Below, piece after piece: positions 11,401 to 24,285 of a stretch of 64,000 nt of DNA (position 1 is the stretch's first letter; the number at the start of each line of letters is the position of its first letter). The notes beneath the pieces were generated by a model. It was not told where the DNA came from. It did no database searches and saw only the letters and a program-made list of their open reading frames with translations. The stretch comes from Tetramitus jugosus (Eukaryota; Protista; Heterolobosea). The DNA lies in assembly GCA_937625935.1 (NCBI GenBank), contig OW569350.1:62001-126000 (forward strand). Direction: 5' to 3'. The position numbers were made by a program, and so were the translations under genes.

Positions 11401-14400
11401 CAGATATTTTGTCAACAGTATATACCAATCAAGCGAACTTAGCTGGATTTAACCTTTCCTCAACATCATTGAAGCCGATTGATTTTGATGAGTTGGATTC
11501 AGAACAACAACAGGAAAGAAATACTGAGCCAATAGCTCTAAATGCACACAGGTTATGCAACTTGGCAATGAGCGAGTTTGATCACAAGTCGACAGATTTC
11601 AATTTAAGTAGTTTAAGCGGAGTGAAAAAAGTTCTTCACAGGAATGGACTTGATTCATTGCGACAGGCATTTCAATTTCAAATTGCTCAAAGAATTATGT
11701 TGGATATCGCAGTCCGATACAACCAAATACCAATCGATGAATTTTATGTTGCTTCCAACTTTTCGAACTTTTTTATCACATCAATGCATCAAAAAGATCC
11801 ACGAGATATCAACAGATCATCTTCAACGAGTGTCAAAGTACTCAAGGATATATTTTTCGATATCAACGTAACAAAACACATTTATCAGAAAAGAGCACTA
11901 GAGCAATATCAACGAGTCTCATCTGATAAAATGACGAAGGGTGCAAGACCGACAATGATTCGAAAGCGTCTAAGAGAGTTAAAGTTCAAGTTGTATGACG
12001 ACTATTGTCGAAGTATTGTTACTTCGGCTCATTCCTATGTACTCAAGTATGACATTATTAATATTTGTAATGAATTCAGATCATTAATCAGTCAAATGAG
12101 AGAGGATAGTGGATTCACACTTGGGCAGGAGGATCACCTAGCAATCAATCACCTAATGGCTATGGACGGGCAGATCATCAACCCACTGTACATTCCACAT
12201 TACATGCAGATTATCAACTTACAGTTCGGTGATCTGCACAATGAAGATGAGGAGCTGGAGGACGATCTCTCAGTTCAATACTTAACTCGTATTTATGATA
12301 TACTTGAAAGAGGTTATATTCTTACTCTCTTTACAGCGTTTCATCTTCAAATGACTCATAGCGAATCAACAACAAACCTCTCTGTTTGGTCCTTGGAACC
12401 AATGGCGAATTTTTCAAAAAGGTTAGAAAGTGAACTCAATCATCTGAGGCAGCCAAACAATGCTCAAAGTATATGCCAGTTTCTATCGATGAAGTGTGAT
12501 CTTCTATTCGAAAAAACTCTATTAACTTTGAGGAATTTGGAAAAGAAGTTTTCTCTATCTGATCATCATCTTGGAATCTCTGTCATTAAGGTAGGAATCA
12601 ATCGACTGCTGTCTCTTGACCACAAATCGAAATCCCTTTTCTGGAAATATTGGCCTGCGGTGCAATACTTACCCGTAGAGAAACAAGGGAACTACTCAAC
12701 ATTACTCGAAACAGAGGAAGTAATATATGAGAATAGATTGCCCTTCCAATATTTGAAGAATTTTCTCCATACTTTAACAGAAGCAGACAGAAATTACTAC
12801 TCAGTGGAGGAAATGAACATAGAATTGTTGTTGGAGGATTTATTACAAGAGGAGGGACTGTATTCAACGAGTAATCCCGAACGATCAACACAAGTTCAGA
12901 TAGAATTCTTGGAGCAATCGGTTGTTATTTTTCAGCTCAAAGATCGTTTTATCGAGTTATCTGTACGGGATATGCAAGAAAGCGACAAAAAAGATGCTCG
13001 TGTCTTGGAAGATTTGTTTAATATTTCTATCACAAGAAAAGCAAAGAGATTGTACGATAAAGAAATCAAAATTAGGGAGGTATTAATCCAACAACGAGAT
13101 GGCTCTCAACCAGGATTCCAATCAAGGAATGAACTAAATGCGAAAAGAAGGAGAGAAACTGATTTTCGGAAGAAACAAATGACTGTTCTCATTCAAGAGA
13201 TTAACAAAATTATGATTAATGACTCTATCAATGAGATTCAATCAGAATGTAATAGAATGGCAGGAGAGTTGAGAGAGACCCATTCATTGGTCACGAACGA
13301 TTCAATGAATTTTAATTATAATGAAAAAGAGAGAATATTTCATGACTTTGTCACCACAATTATGTCTAGAGGGGTGAGAACCCGAAATAAACTGGGGGAA
13401 ACTGAAGTGACCATGTTTGAAAGTGATATAGATCTGGCAATGGACTTAGTGGGGCAAAAGATTGTTGTTTGGCAGGAAACCCAAGTAAATGAGATATCCA
13501 AGAACGCTCTATCCATGATCGAGCATCTGAAGAAGCAGTGCTTTAATTTGGAGATGAAACTGCAACATAATCAATATTTTAGGGAAGTTGAAAAAAAATC
13601 ATTCAAGAGAAGAATACAATCAGAGCTAGCTGACAAGAATTATGATTTAGTGTTCAGAGTGGATTCTTTGACTCGAGAGAATAATGAATTAAGAGAAGAA
13701 TTGAGCACTCTTTCCGAGAAAATTCGCAAGGAAGAACAAGCAAAGTATGAGGATTTAGTGACAAAGTTGCAGAAAGAAGTAATTCTGACCAAGGGTCAAT
13801 TCTCAGAGTACAAGAGACAAATGTATAAGGAAATGCAAAAGAAATTTTCGGAAGTCAAAGAGAATGCCCTAATGGATATAACCAATTACAAAGGCCCGAA
13901 TAGCTCATTCAGCACGAAAGCTATTGAGATCGTCATGGAAGAAAATTCTCTCGCTGATCTGAAAATGCGCATTGAAGATCTCAAGGCCAGCCGAAGTCAG
14001 ATGCAAGTGTTGTTCAAACTGAAATTACTTGCACAAGAGTCCAAATACTTAAAACAAATAAGACAAGCTGAATTGGAAAAAGAAACCGTCAAGAAGAGGT
14101 TCTTTGGAAACACGGAGCAGATCGAGGCTAGAGAACAGATGCTCCGAAAAGAACTGGTCAAGACACAAGAACAACTCAGCAACACAGAAATGGAGGTGGA
14201 ACAACTCAAGAAGGATCTCCAACTTCAAATCAAGAACAAACAGAAGCTCGTAACTTGGAAGGTTAAGAACGCCCAGCTGCTGGATGAGCTCGAAGACAAA
14301 GTTGATAAATATGAGAGATGGAACCAGTTTGATGTGGATAAGTTGGTACTCGAGCTGGAAAAAACCAAGAAAGAAGTTCAACAGCATAATCGAATCAAGG

Positions 14401-15104
14401 AAAAGTTGGACAAGAAAGCACAGATGATCGAGATTCGAAGCCAGAAAACTATGGAACAGTTGCAGAAAAAGCTGCAGAGAGAACAACAACTAAAGAGAAA
14501 CGCTCTCTCGAAGCTGAATACCGCAAGGGAGATGCACGAGAATGACGCAGAGAATGCAGACTGGCAGAAACGGTACTTGGATACTAACACTGAGTTGCAA
14601 TACACTCAACGAGAACTCGATATCCTCCGAGATTATTTGGAGGTTGCTGGAGTAGAGATGCCTGACTCAGAGATACAAGAGGGATCTATTCACCTCTCAC
14701 GACCTTCATCCGCGACAACGATCCGCAGTTTATCTGCCCGAACGCATAGTGGAAAACAAAGCAACTTACAGGGTATTGACTTGAAATCCAGTTCAAGGCC
14801 CTCGAGTAGGAATGGAATGAATGCTCCAGCTTATTTAAATCGGCCAATGTCTCTCAAGCCTACCTACAATACTTTAAGTCGACCCTCGAGTGCCTCATCC
14901 ACAAAAAGTGGACGAAGAAGTTCTGTTGTGGCTTCCCCAATGTCACAACCAGTTCCACTACAGAGACCAAGTACCACAGTCAGTCAGAGCAGGAGCGAGC
15001 GTACTGTACCAATACTACGGAGAACGGCGAGTGCCGGTGTTTCTCGACCCAACTCGCAAGTGCAACCTCCAATACTGATTGCTCCTCATATTCCAACATT
15101 TTGA
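8481..15104 (+). CDS. Very large (~2150 aa) coiled-coil protein, possibly CCDC162-like; 3 exons
   Basis: ORFs 8436-8978, 9080-9526 and 9468-15104 join in frame via introns 8973-9040 and 9449-9530. There is a long C-terminal coiled coil and an RPSSA-rich tail. LRYIRIREFRRKLLDIMNYFRSVERRLT recalls CCDC162 from memory only. Confidence 0.6.
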
Positions 15105-15129
15105 AGCGTAAGATTTCTAGGTGTAATAT

Positions 15130-16269
15130 TTATTTCTTAGAGGCATAACGAGAAGCAGCATCTTGAATCCACGGAGATCGGTAGTATGACGAATATCTTT
15201 GATGTTCCAAATCTTGCTTGTTTGAGAGCATCAGTAATTCACGAGTTTGTGAATTAATGAGCCGGTGAATAAAATTGATTGGATCTTGACTGAATCCCAG
15301 CATAAAATCTCTGTTCTTCTTGTGATCCTCAATACTCTCTAACGCTTTTTGGATTTGAGTCTCAAACTTTAGTACATCAGGCAAGGGCTTCTCACTCAGG
15401 AGTGCTTCTACAACACCTTGGTGCGTTTTAGAAACATTGACATCAATAAAGAATGTCTGTTCAAACGACTGTCCCATCTGAGTCCTGCATATCGTGTAAT
15501 CAATGTGCTTGGGTTCCGGCAAGAGCAAATGTTGCTTTGTCTGTTGGAGCACATTGGCAAATGTGACTGAATCACTGCCAAACAGTTCCTTCAATCGAGC
15601 ATCGCAATTGATTCGATTCTTCTCATTCTGATCCTGCAGTTTGTTCACTTTGATATAGTCCCACACACCAGTCAATATATTGTTCAATGACAGCGGCGGT
15701 GGAGCACTTGTTTCCTCACTGGTGCCACTCTTCTTCCTCAACATGCCATCTGTTTTCTTCATGTGGTGATCACCACCATCACCAGTAATACCACTACTAC
15801 TACTACTACTACCACCACCACTGCTTCCACTACTACTGTTGTGTGCTGCCAACAACACAGATCCCGAAGGAGACAATTCCAGGATTTGAGTGAGAGCAGG
15901 TGATGTGTGATACAGTGGTGGATCATCCCGTATACCCAACAAAATCTTCATTGGATAGCGATGATTGAGAGCAATGGACGAATTTTCAATGCGTACTCTT
16001 CGAGTAAACACAAATCCTTCGCAGTCTTCGAATCCATGAGTCCTGTGCCACTCAATCAATCGATCTGATTTGTTCAGTGGGAACAAGTCTTCGTCCATCT
16101 CTACAATGACACTCTTGAGAAAATGAGTAAATTTGAATTCGTGATCCTCTGCTTCACTACTGTTGTTGTTGGCAGTGGTAGTGTCACTCGTCAGTAGAGC
16201 ACCTTGAATATAAATGGTCCAATTTTCTTCAATGTACGATGATTTGTTTGATGTTGTTGTAGTACCAGT

Positions 16270-16300
<31 letters not shown>

Positions 16301-17087
16301 GTAGTAGTAGTATCAGTGTTATTCACTCCACCAACTGAAGGAGTAGTGCCATCAGTAGGTGTTGTTGTTGTTGTCATATTGGTAGTGTCAGCATGAGTAG
16401 TAGTAGTAGTAGTAGTAGTAGGAGCAGTAGTGGATGGAGCAACACCAACAATAATATTGGATGCCGGAGCAGCAGTCGTCGCAGTTGTTGTTGATGATGT
16501 AATGGTTTGTTTTTCACAATAAATTTGAATCCTCAGTGTTCGTTTAGTCTATACAAACAAATAACCACACATATGCGTGTAAGCAAACACACCACATCTC
16601 TTTTCAATGAGAAACAACAATGATCGTAAATTGTACAAAAAAAAACACACACACAGATCATCATGTGAAAAACAGCAAGCACACACACACACACACATAC
16701 ACTCTTGGGATCAGTCAACAATTGTCTCATCTTCAATTTTTTGTCAGACAGAATTCGATCCAATCGATACTCAAACGATTGTAAATCATTGAGAATTTGA
16801 CTCTCTGGAACGAGATTGACAATGGTGGAGGGTAGAGAAACGAGTCTTCGTTTTTTGAGTGGTGGTTGTAGTTGAGTGTCATTGTATGATGATGATGATG
16901 ATGAAGCAAAGTTTGGATGGTTCATGTGTAGTGTCGGAGTATTATTATGATGATTGCTGTACTGTTGATGCTGTTGTTGTTGTTGAGCGAGATGAGATGT
17001 TGTGGGAGTAATGACAGAGAAGGAAGTGGTGCTGTTGGGACGTTTGCGTGATTGTTGTTGTTGCTGTGTGATGGCAGCTGGATTCAT
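15130..17087 (-). CDS. SWI/SNF BAF60/SMARCD subunit with SWIB domain, 2 exons
   Basis: LVPESQ..NDLQSFEYRLD, intron 16549-16700 (DPKS|TKRTLRIQIY), KFTHFLKSVIVE, LIEWHR, WDYIKVNKLQD..EK..INCD..L..LF (SWIB), RDFMLGFSQDP. Confidence 0.9.
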
Positions 17088-17238
17088 GGAAGGAAACAAG
17101 AAAACAGTTTCGCGCGGTTTTGTTGTTGTGGTTGGGAAATCAAAAAGTTTTCATTGGCGGAAATTTAGAGCGAACGGACTTTTAGAACAAACACGAGAGA
17201 AGTGACATTGAATCTGTAGATATCACAGATTGAAGAAG

Positions 17239-20115
17239 ATGATGGCAACGACAAGTAGTGTTGACAATAACCTTGAGGCTCATGAAGACAACCTTCTCAA
17301 GAAAACAACAGTAGAATTTACTTTGCACGAAGGTTGGTTGTACCACAAGATTCATTACCAACAACAGCAACCACAGGCAACTCCATTATTGAGTGACAGT
17401 GGAAATTGTCGCAACAATGACACCATGAATGAGCATCATCAGGGCAATGATACTACAACAACGATACCACAATATGGTTGGATTAAGAAATGGTTTCAAA
17501 TCAAACAGGGAAAATTGATTCGTTTGAGTCAACCGTGTGCTCCAGTGCCTATTCAACAAGGTGGCAACAGAGATGAAGAGTGGCGGACAGTAATTGATTC
17601 TAGCATGACTGTTTTCATGGAACAACAGATTCCATCTGATGATTTCCTAGTGTTGATGGACAGTGTGGAAGAACAGCAGCCACAAGAGCAGAAACAGCAG
17701 GAGGAAGGAAGTCGATCATCATCCGTTGCAAATGGTGGTTCTGTCAACAGTGTCATCAGTGAAAATTACTTGGATAAAAATTGTAATTCCGTTGAGAGCA
17801 GTGTACGAAAGTTGGAGAGTGAAAGACGACCAAAAATGTACGGATTTTGCATTCGTGTATCTGCTTCTGTTTCTACCATGTCACAAGATCAAGATATGAG
17901 TGATAATAATATTGATAATAACAACAGTAGCACCAACAATGGTGGTAGTGATTGGGAAGACGAGTTTTATCATTTTTGTACCGAATCAGAGTTGTATTGT
18001 CGAGAATGGTATGCAGCATTACAGATTGCCATTCAATCCGCTTCTAATGCCCAATATCTACAGGATAGTGCATCCTTGTACGATATGGATGACACAAGGG
18101 ACAGAAACAGTGGTATTGTTGGTGAATTGACGGATCATGTTCAATCAAATATCTTAGATTTACTGTTGGCACAGCACACCAACCTCCAGCAGTTTAGAGC
18201 ATCGAGTTGCACAAGTTTCAAAGAGATGGAACGAATAATCAAGCAAGAGTTTGAAGAAGAGAAGAAACAAAAACGATACATTGCCTTTTATGACAAATCT
18301 CACAAAATAGAACTGAAGCTCATTGATAGTATATTGCGAGTCTTGAATGTGGCATGTTCTACAATTAGAGACGAAATGAATAGGTGGAGCATCAATGGTA
18401 TTGATTCAATACTTGCTTCAATGTGGAAAAACGCATCGACAACAGGCGAGGAGGCTCTAATGATTTACTTGGACACAGTAATGAAGAAGAATGACAAGTT
18501 TTACTCCTCTCTCATGACAACACAGAAGCTTCATTTACAATATGAATATATATTGAGTGAAAACATCCATTCACTTACTGTACATATGCTTAATTTATTT
18601 TATAGGTGGAACGATGAGCTGGTATCACTGTGCACCGACCGAATCGAAATTCAGAATCATTTGCTGTTTTTGGACTCTGTAAAGCCACGTGGATCTGAAC
18701 TCTTGCGCAATATCAAAGCAGTGATACTTGAAAGTGTCAAGTATCAAACGAGCTTACTTTGTGCTCAGACTGAATTTTTGGAAGAACAAATCTTGGCAAT
18801 CAGACGATATATGAGTCATAAGCTGGATTGTCCCGACAGAGACAGTTTCTTGATTATTCACTCTGTATTGAATGACACGGAGTTCATTATTGAAAGATGC
18901 ACACACCAAAACATTGAACCAAAATGGTTGTCAGATTGTTGGGAGATGCATATCAGTCGAATCATGAACGCATCATCAGATTTATATGCAAACAACACGA
19001 TTGTTCAATTCGTGAGATCAAAGTTGGAAGAGTCTCGAGAGTCTCACGTACAACTCTCTATTGAGAGCATAGGCGAAAACAGTGCCAAAATGAAACATGC
19101 CGTTGAAAAGATTGTCGAAAAACAGAACATGGATATCATTATCGCGAACACAGAGACTCAGATGCGAAACAAGCTAAATGAGTTACTTCATTCATCATCG
19201 AGCCTCTATCATCAGAAAATTGCCAAGTATACGAAAGCTCTAATCAGACAAAACTATAGTGAACATACAGCAAGAAAAACATCCAAATTCGATTTGTTTA
19301 ATGTCCAAATATTTATCAAGTCGCTGGTTGACTCATTGATGCAGAACGAGCTTGAATCCTTCTTCCTCCTTGAAAATTCGATAGAATTGGATGGAAAGGA
19401 TCTATATGTGGAGATTGAACGTTACATGTTTGAACAGCAGCAACTACAAGTAATAGGTAGTGGCAATCAATCGAATACAGGTCTCTTCAAGAACTATTCA
19501 GAGTCACCAATGTTGTCACCCTTCTTCTTCTACAACTTGTTTATGGACAAGGTGAAGAGGGAGTCCAAGATCATTGATCGAACATTCCAGAGATATTGCA
19601 TCCAGGTTTCACACAACTTAATTACCTCGCTTCTGCGTGATCAAGTAAGCAGTGACGAGAAGTCTGACGACCGTATCCTACTTCAGGAATTCTATCGGGA
19701 CTACGCACTGTCGATTGCAATTTTAAAACAACTCAGCGACCATCGAACAATCAATGTTGGCAATGTAAGCAGTCGACGTAGTCAAAAATTGCAGCAATCA
19801 TACGTGTTGAGTCCGACCTCCAAATTGAATACGATAACTCACGCCGCACGTAATGTGATGCAAGTGATTACTGACCGAAACACTGAGAAGAATCTGAGAA
19901 AGGGACTACCTGCACCAGAGGGAATCTCAACAGATGAATTTCTGCCTGTTTTCATTTGTGTTGTTTGTGCTGCGGAATTGCCAGACATGTTCTCTGAGCT
20001 CAACTTTATCAAATCATTTTCTCTGGAGGATATGATGGCTGGTGAAGGAGGATTCTACTTCTCTTCCTTCGAGTCCGCAGCTTGCTTCATTTTGGCTTTC
20101 GATTCTGAATGTTGA
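17239..20115 (+). CDS. PH-domain + VPS9-domain Rab5-family GEF
   Basis: The N-terminal PH domain is split by low-complexity inserts (HEGWLY...WIKKWFQI...YHFCTESE..CREWYAALQ). C-terminal VPS9 motifs: SPTSKL, STDEFLPVFICVV, GEGGFYFSSFESA. Confidence 0.85.
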   Translation: MMATTSSVDNNLEAHEDNLLKKTTVEFTLHEGWLYHKIHYQQQQPQATPLLSDSGNCRNNDTMNEHHQGNDTTTTIPQYGWIKKWFQIKQGKLIRLSQPCAPVPIQQGGNRDEEWRTVIDSSMTVFMEQQIPSDDFLVLMDSVEEQQPQEQKQQEEGSRSSSVANGGSVNSVISENYLDKNCNSVESSVRKLESERRPKMYGFCIRVSASVSTMSQDQDMSDNNIDNNNSSTNNGGSDWEDEFYHFCTESELYCREWYAALQIAIQSASNAQYLQDSASLYDMDDTRDRNSGIVGELTDHVQSNILDLLLAQHTNLQQFRASSCTSFKEMERIIKQEFEEEKKQKRYIAFYDKSHKIELKLIDSILRVLNVACSTIRDEMNRWSINGIDSILASMWKNASTTGEEALMIYLDTVMKKNDKFYSSLMTTQKLHLQYEYILSENIHSLTVHMLNLFYRWNDELVSLCTDRIEIQNHLLFLDSVKPRGSELLRNIKAVILESVKYQTSLLCAQTEFLEEQILAIRRYMSHKLDCPDRDSFLIIHSVLNDTEFIIERCTHQNIEPKWLSDCWEMHISRIMNASSDLYANNTIVQFVRSKLEESRESHVQLSIESIGENSAKMKHAVEKIVEKQNMDIIIANTETQMRNKLNELLHSSSSLYHQKIAKYTKALIRQNYSEHTARKTSKFDLFNVQIFIKSLVDSLMQNELESFFLLENSIELDGKDLYVEIERYMFEQQQLQVIGSGNQSNTGLFKNYSESPMLSPFFFYNLFMDKVKRESKIIDRTFQRYCIQVSHNLITSLLRDQVSSDEKSDDRILLQEFYRDYALSIAILKQLSDHRTINVGNVSSRRSQKLQQSYVLSPTSKLNTITHAARNVMQVITDRNTEKNLRKGLPAPEGISTDEFLPVFICVVCAAELPDMFSELNFIKSFSLEDMMAGEGGFYFSSFESAACFILAFDSEC

Positions 20116-20515
20116 ACATCCTTGCACAAACAATCCCATTTTCTGATTTCACACATGACGAGCAGCGACGTCGGAGAACCTTTCTTCCATAAAAGGTCAT
20201 ACGGCGCTCCGCTTCCACGTCAATATTTTTATTCCAATTAGAATACACTGTCTAAGGATGCATTTTTGCACAGTGAAAAACGCGCATGATTCGTTTACAG
20301 TCATGAAAACTCACGCCGTTGGTGGCGATAGCTTTAGTGGTTGTCCCCAAAAGTCCTACCCCTGAATGAACCCCACATATGACATTGACATCACTTGAAT
20401 TCAATATCCGGGACAGTGAACGACAACATTCTCACTCACCTCACAAAAACCAAACCACATCAACCTGCAAACATTAAAAGTTGGTTCTTTTCGTTTTCTT
20501 TTTTGACTCTAAACA

Positions 20516-23300
20516 ATGAAAGGATCGACCACCCAAGAGATTCAACTTGAAGTCACCGGGGACAAATCGAAACCCAACTCCAGCTCGGCCGCTAGTGGTA
20601 ACGATATGAGTTCAAAGTCCACCTCCTCGAAACTTCGAAGCACACTCAACGGAACCATACTGTGGAGCATTAACACTCTCCTGCTTATTTTTCCAATCCT
20701 AATTCTCGTTCTCATCCTGTTCATCGGTCTATTTGTTTGGTTGTTGTCCTATGTGAACACTGAGAGATCTTTGAGAGATTTGTCCACTCAATTGCGAAAT
20801 GAAATGACATTGAGAATCATTACCAAGAATAATGCTATTCTAAGTGTTCCGCCTCTGTCCACAGATGTCGTAGTGTCAGATTACAATCAAAAGTTGATCA
20901 ATGTGACAGACTTTGAACAAACGAGAAGGCTTTCTTGGGATTATTTTAATATTTTCTCCCAACTGTCTTTTCTGACCATTAGTACTCGCTTGCAGACGTA
21001 CTATGCCTATGAGAGAACCACAAACGGAACAATTAACTTGTATAGATCAGACAGTGACACGGGTATTCGAAGATTGACTTATCACGCAGATCCATCGACT
21101 GGTGAACCTGTGGCCAATTGGGGTCCAGTTGCGATTCGTAACAACTATATTGTTACGGATAGAGGTTGGTATCAGACTGCCTCACAAGCCAATGGAACAG
21201 ACTGGACCGACGTATACTACTTTTCAACTGGTACATTGGGTTTAACTAGGTCCAATGTATTTAGAGATGATTCAGGGTCAGTGTTTGGTGTTGTGACAGC
21301 TGACTTTGTCCTAGGAGAGTTAAATCTCATGATGAGATCAACCAAAGTGTCAAAGAGCGGTAGAACGTATATTGTAGACAAAGCTGGTTTATTAATTGCG
21401 TCATCGGCTGGATCCATTGATGACGGAGCACTACAGAATCGCTTAGCAGCGTCCAATAGCTCCGATCCTGTTATCGCCTCCGTATCTAGAGCTATTGTCA
21501 AAAAATACGGCTCATACTCCACTGTATTTACAAATGGACAAACATCGTTGAGTACGTACAGCATGAGGAACAACAAGAAGCTGTTCCTTCAGATATCAGA
21601 ACAGAATATAGATGACTCGCTGAACTGGATCATCGTTGTTATAGTGCCCGAAAGTGATTTGATGCAGCGTGTGAAAACAACGACCTCTATTACAATGTCT
21701 ATTACAGCTGTCACTATTGTGCTGAGTTGTATTTTGGCACTATCTGCCTCCATTCTACTGAGTCGAGTTATCGCAGTACCACTTGAGCGAGCATCGAAAC
21801 AGATGGATCGGATTGCACTCCTAGATTTCGATGAACTGTCGAGAGCGAGTGAGATATCTTCCCTATTCGAGTTTAGAAAGATAGAGAGAGCGTTGCGTCA
21901 TATGAAGGTCGGTCTTTCTCAATACAAGCGATTCGTTCCCATGTCTTTCCTCAAAGAAATGAAATGCGAAAAAGCAACAGATGTGGTTCTGGGACATTCT
22001 GAAGTACTTGATGTTGTTCTACTTCGAGTGGAGATCACTAATTTCTCAACTTGTGTATTGACCAAGAAAACGACTCTCTTGTTCGATAGTACAAATAGGT
22101 TTCAGAGTTATATCTCTTCGATCATGAGACAGAACAAGGGATTCTTAGGACAGTATGTATGCCCAAATTTTTTTGTGAACGCGGTGTCACAAATCTAACA
22201 CTCTCCTTTTTTGTGCAGATACAACGGTGCTTCTTGTACAGGAGTGTTCCAAGATGTGAAACAAGCTCTCAATGCCGCTAAAATGATCCAAAGCCGTACG
22301 GATTCAGAACACATGCTTTCCTCCAAAATTAAACTGTCATGTTCAATGTGCAAGGGTGAAGTGTTTGCTGGAATGATAGGAGACGAAGATTTTATGACAT
22401 GTTGTCTCTTGTCTGATACAAGTAAGTTACTCTATTTCAATCATATTACTCTTGAATTTATTCTGACACTCTCTGAAATTATTAGTGTTCGTACTGGATA
22501 TGATGAGTTCGCTAGCTAAGAAATATCAAGTTTCATTATTGGTCACTGATCAGATCGAACAATCCAAATTGGTCCGTGGTGTGTTCAACAGCAGACTGAT
22601 TGGAATATACTCCGTTAAACAGAGAGAGAATCAAGTAATCAAATTGTATGACATCAGAGAAACTTCTGAAGAGTTCCTAAAGAGATCCAATGAAGTGTCA
22701 GATATTATGTACAGTGAATATGGCAACATCCAACATGCCGCTGCATTGTTGAAGCAAATATTGTTCACTTCGTCGGATGTTCTCTCCAGTGAGCAATATA
22801 GACAGTGTCAGAAACTGTTGAACATCAATGCCACTGTGCAGGAAGAAATGCACGTGCATGAAGTTCTAACGGAACCTAGATTGAAACCATCGTTCCAAAA
22901 GTATTGCGTAGAGGCTCATGCACAAGAGAATGTGGATCTTTGGATACATTTGAACGAAATGAGAAGCATTGGCGATTCAGTTGAACTCAAATCAGCCGGG
23001 CAGTCAATCTATGACAAATTCATCAACTTGCAATCGCCTCATGCAGCCAATGTAGGTAGTGACATTGCTAAAGCAATTCAAGAATCACTGAACAATCCTA
23101 ACGCAGAGATTGACATTGCACTCTTCATCTCTCTGCAGTTTGAAATTCAAGTGCTGCTAGAAACTGCACTCAAGTCGTTCAAGCAAACCAAAGAGTTTTC
23201 TGAAACGTTCTATGCTTCCAACAAAGCTATTCGACCAGCTCAACAGTTCCTGGACTTGGATTCACAGAGCATCACCAAATCTCGTCGTCCTCTCCTGTAA
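20516..23300 (+). CDS. TM-Cache-TM-HAMP-(degenerate class III cyclase)-RGS fusion protein, 3 exons
   Basis: Cache motifs (DRGWYQTA, WTDVY, GVVTADF, GRTYIVD..GLLIASS, WIIVVIVPESD), then HAMP and YKRFVP. Introns 22153-22218 and 22422-22485 restore the frame. C-terminal RGS: FQKYC...AQENVDLW...IYDKFI....P..ANV. Confidence 0.85.
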
Positions 23301-23400
23301 GTTTCAGGTCAAGTGAGTGACAACATCAAATAAATACCCAATCTAAGACACCCAAAAGCAACCACACCACCAACAAAGTCAAACCAAAAAAAAAGATAAA

Positions 23401-23865
23401 ATGAGTAGCTTATTCTCCCACAAGGATCACAACAACAACAACAACAACACAGTTCATCTCTCACAACTCATCAAGGAACACAATCAAACACAGGCACAAC
23501 AGAGAGAAGAAAATGATCGACAAAGAAAATTGGCCAAACTGTCCATGAACAATCTCACCAATGAACTCGTTCATTCGACCAACGAAAGCATTGCAATTGT
23601 GTTTCGCAATCAACAAGCTCTCGGAGCAGAAACCAAAGCCCTCTCCCACAACACTCAACTCTTTATCAAGAATAGTCAATCATGGATCCAATCGTTTCAA
23701 CAAATGAACAATGCGTTGAAAGAGTTGGGAGATGTTGACAATTGGGCCAATCATTTGACTAGTGACGTGGATCAAGTGGCAAATCACGTTTCTCAAATCA
23801 TTTCACATCAGAGAGGAAAACAACAGCAACAGCAACAACAAGTAGAAGAACAACCATCATCATGA
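23401..23865 (+). CDS. BLOC1S1: BLOC-1 subunit 1 (GCN5L1)
   Basis: LIKEH, NQQAL..ETKAL, and the hallmark NNALKELGDVDNWA. Confidence 0.9.
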   Translation: MSSLFSHKDHNNNNNNTVHLSQLIKEHNQTQAQQREENDRQRKLAKLSMNNLTNELVHSTNESIAIVFRNQQALGAETKALSHNTQLFIKNSQSWIQSFQQMNNALKELGDVDNWANHLTSDVDQVANHVSQIISHQRGKQQQQQQQVEEQPSS

Positions 23866-24285
23866 TATGCTAGTTGGTGGTGGGTGATATGCATAGTGGA
23901 GTGTGTGTATGTGTGCGTAGATGTCTATTCGTGTGAGTGAAATAGTGAGTGATCATTGCCTTGTAACACAAAATGTACGAATGATGATCTTGTTGAGGAG
24001 ATTGTTATTCACACCACCAAACAACTTGTATTGGGCCCATGAATCTAAATGATGTTTGTGTGTGCTCTCCTATATTGAGAAGAAGAACGAATTCTTGTCA
24101 AGGTTTTTATAACAATAGAATAACTCTGATGTGTGGTGAAAATAATTTATTAGTGTAAAATGATTAGAATAATGATAGTTAGTCATAGTAGTGATGTAGT
24201 GGTGTAGTGATGATGTAGTAGTTACAGTAGAGATCGTGGTGGTTGGTGGTCGTTATTGGTGTTCTTGTTGTTGTTATCCATTCGT

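Noticed and set aside
16640-16700. (CA)n tract translated as VCVCVC in the ORF track
   Set aside because: It lies inside the BAF60 intron 16549-16700 and is not coding.
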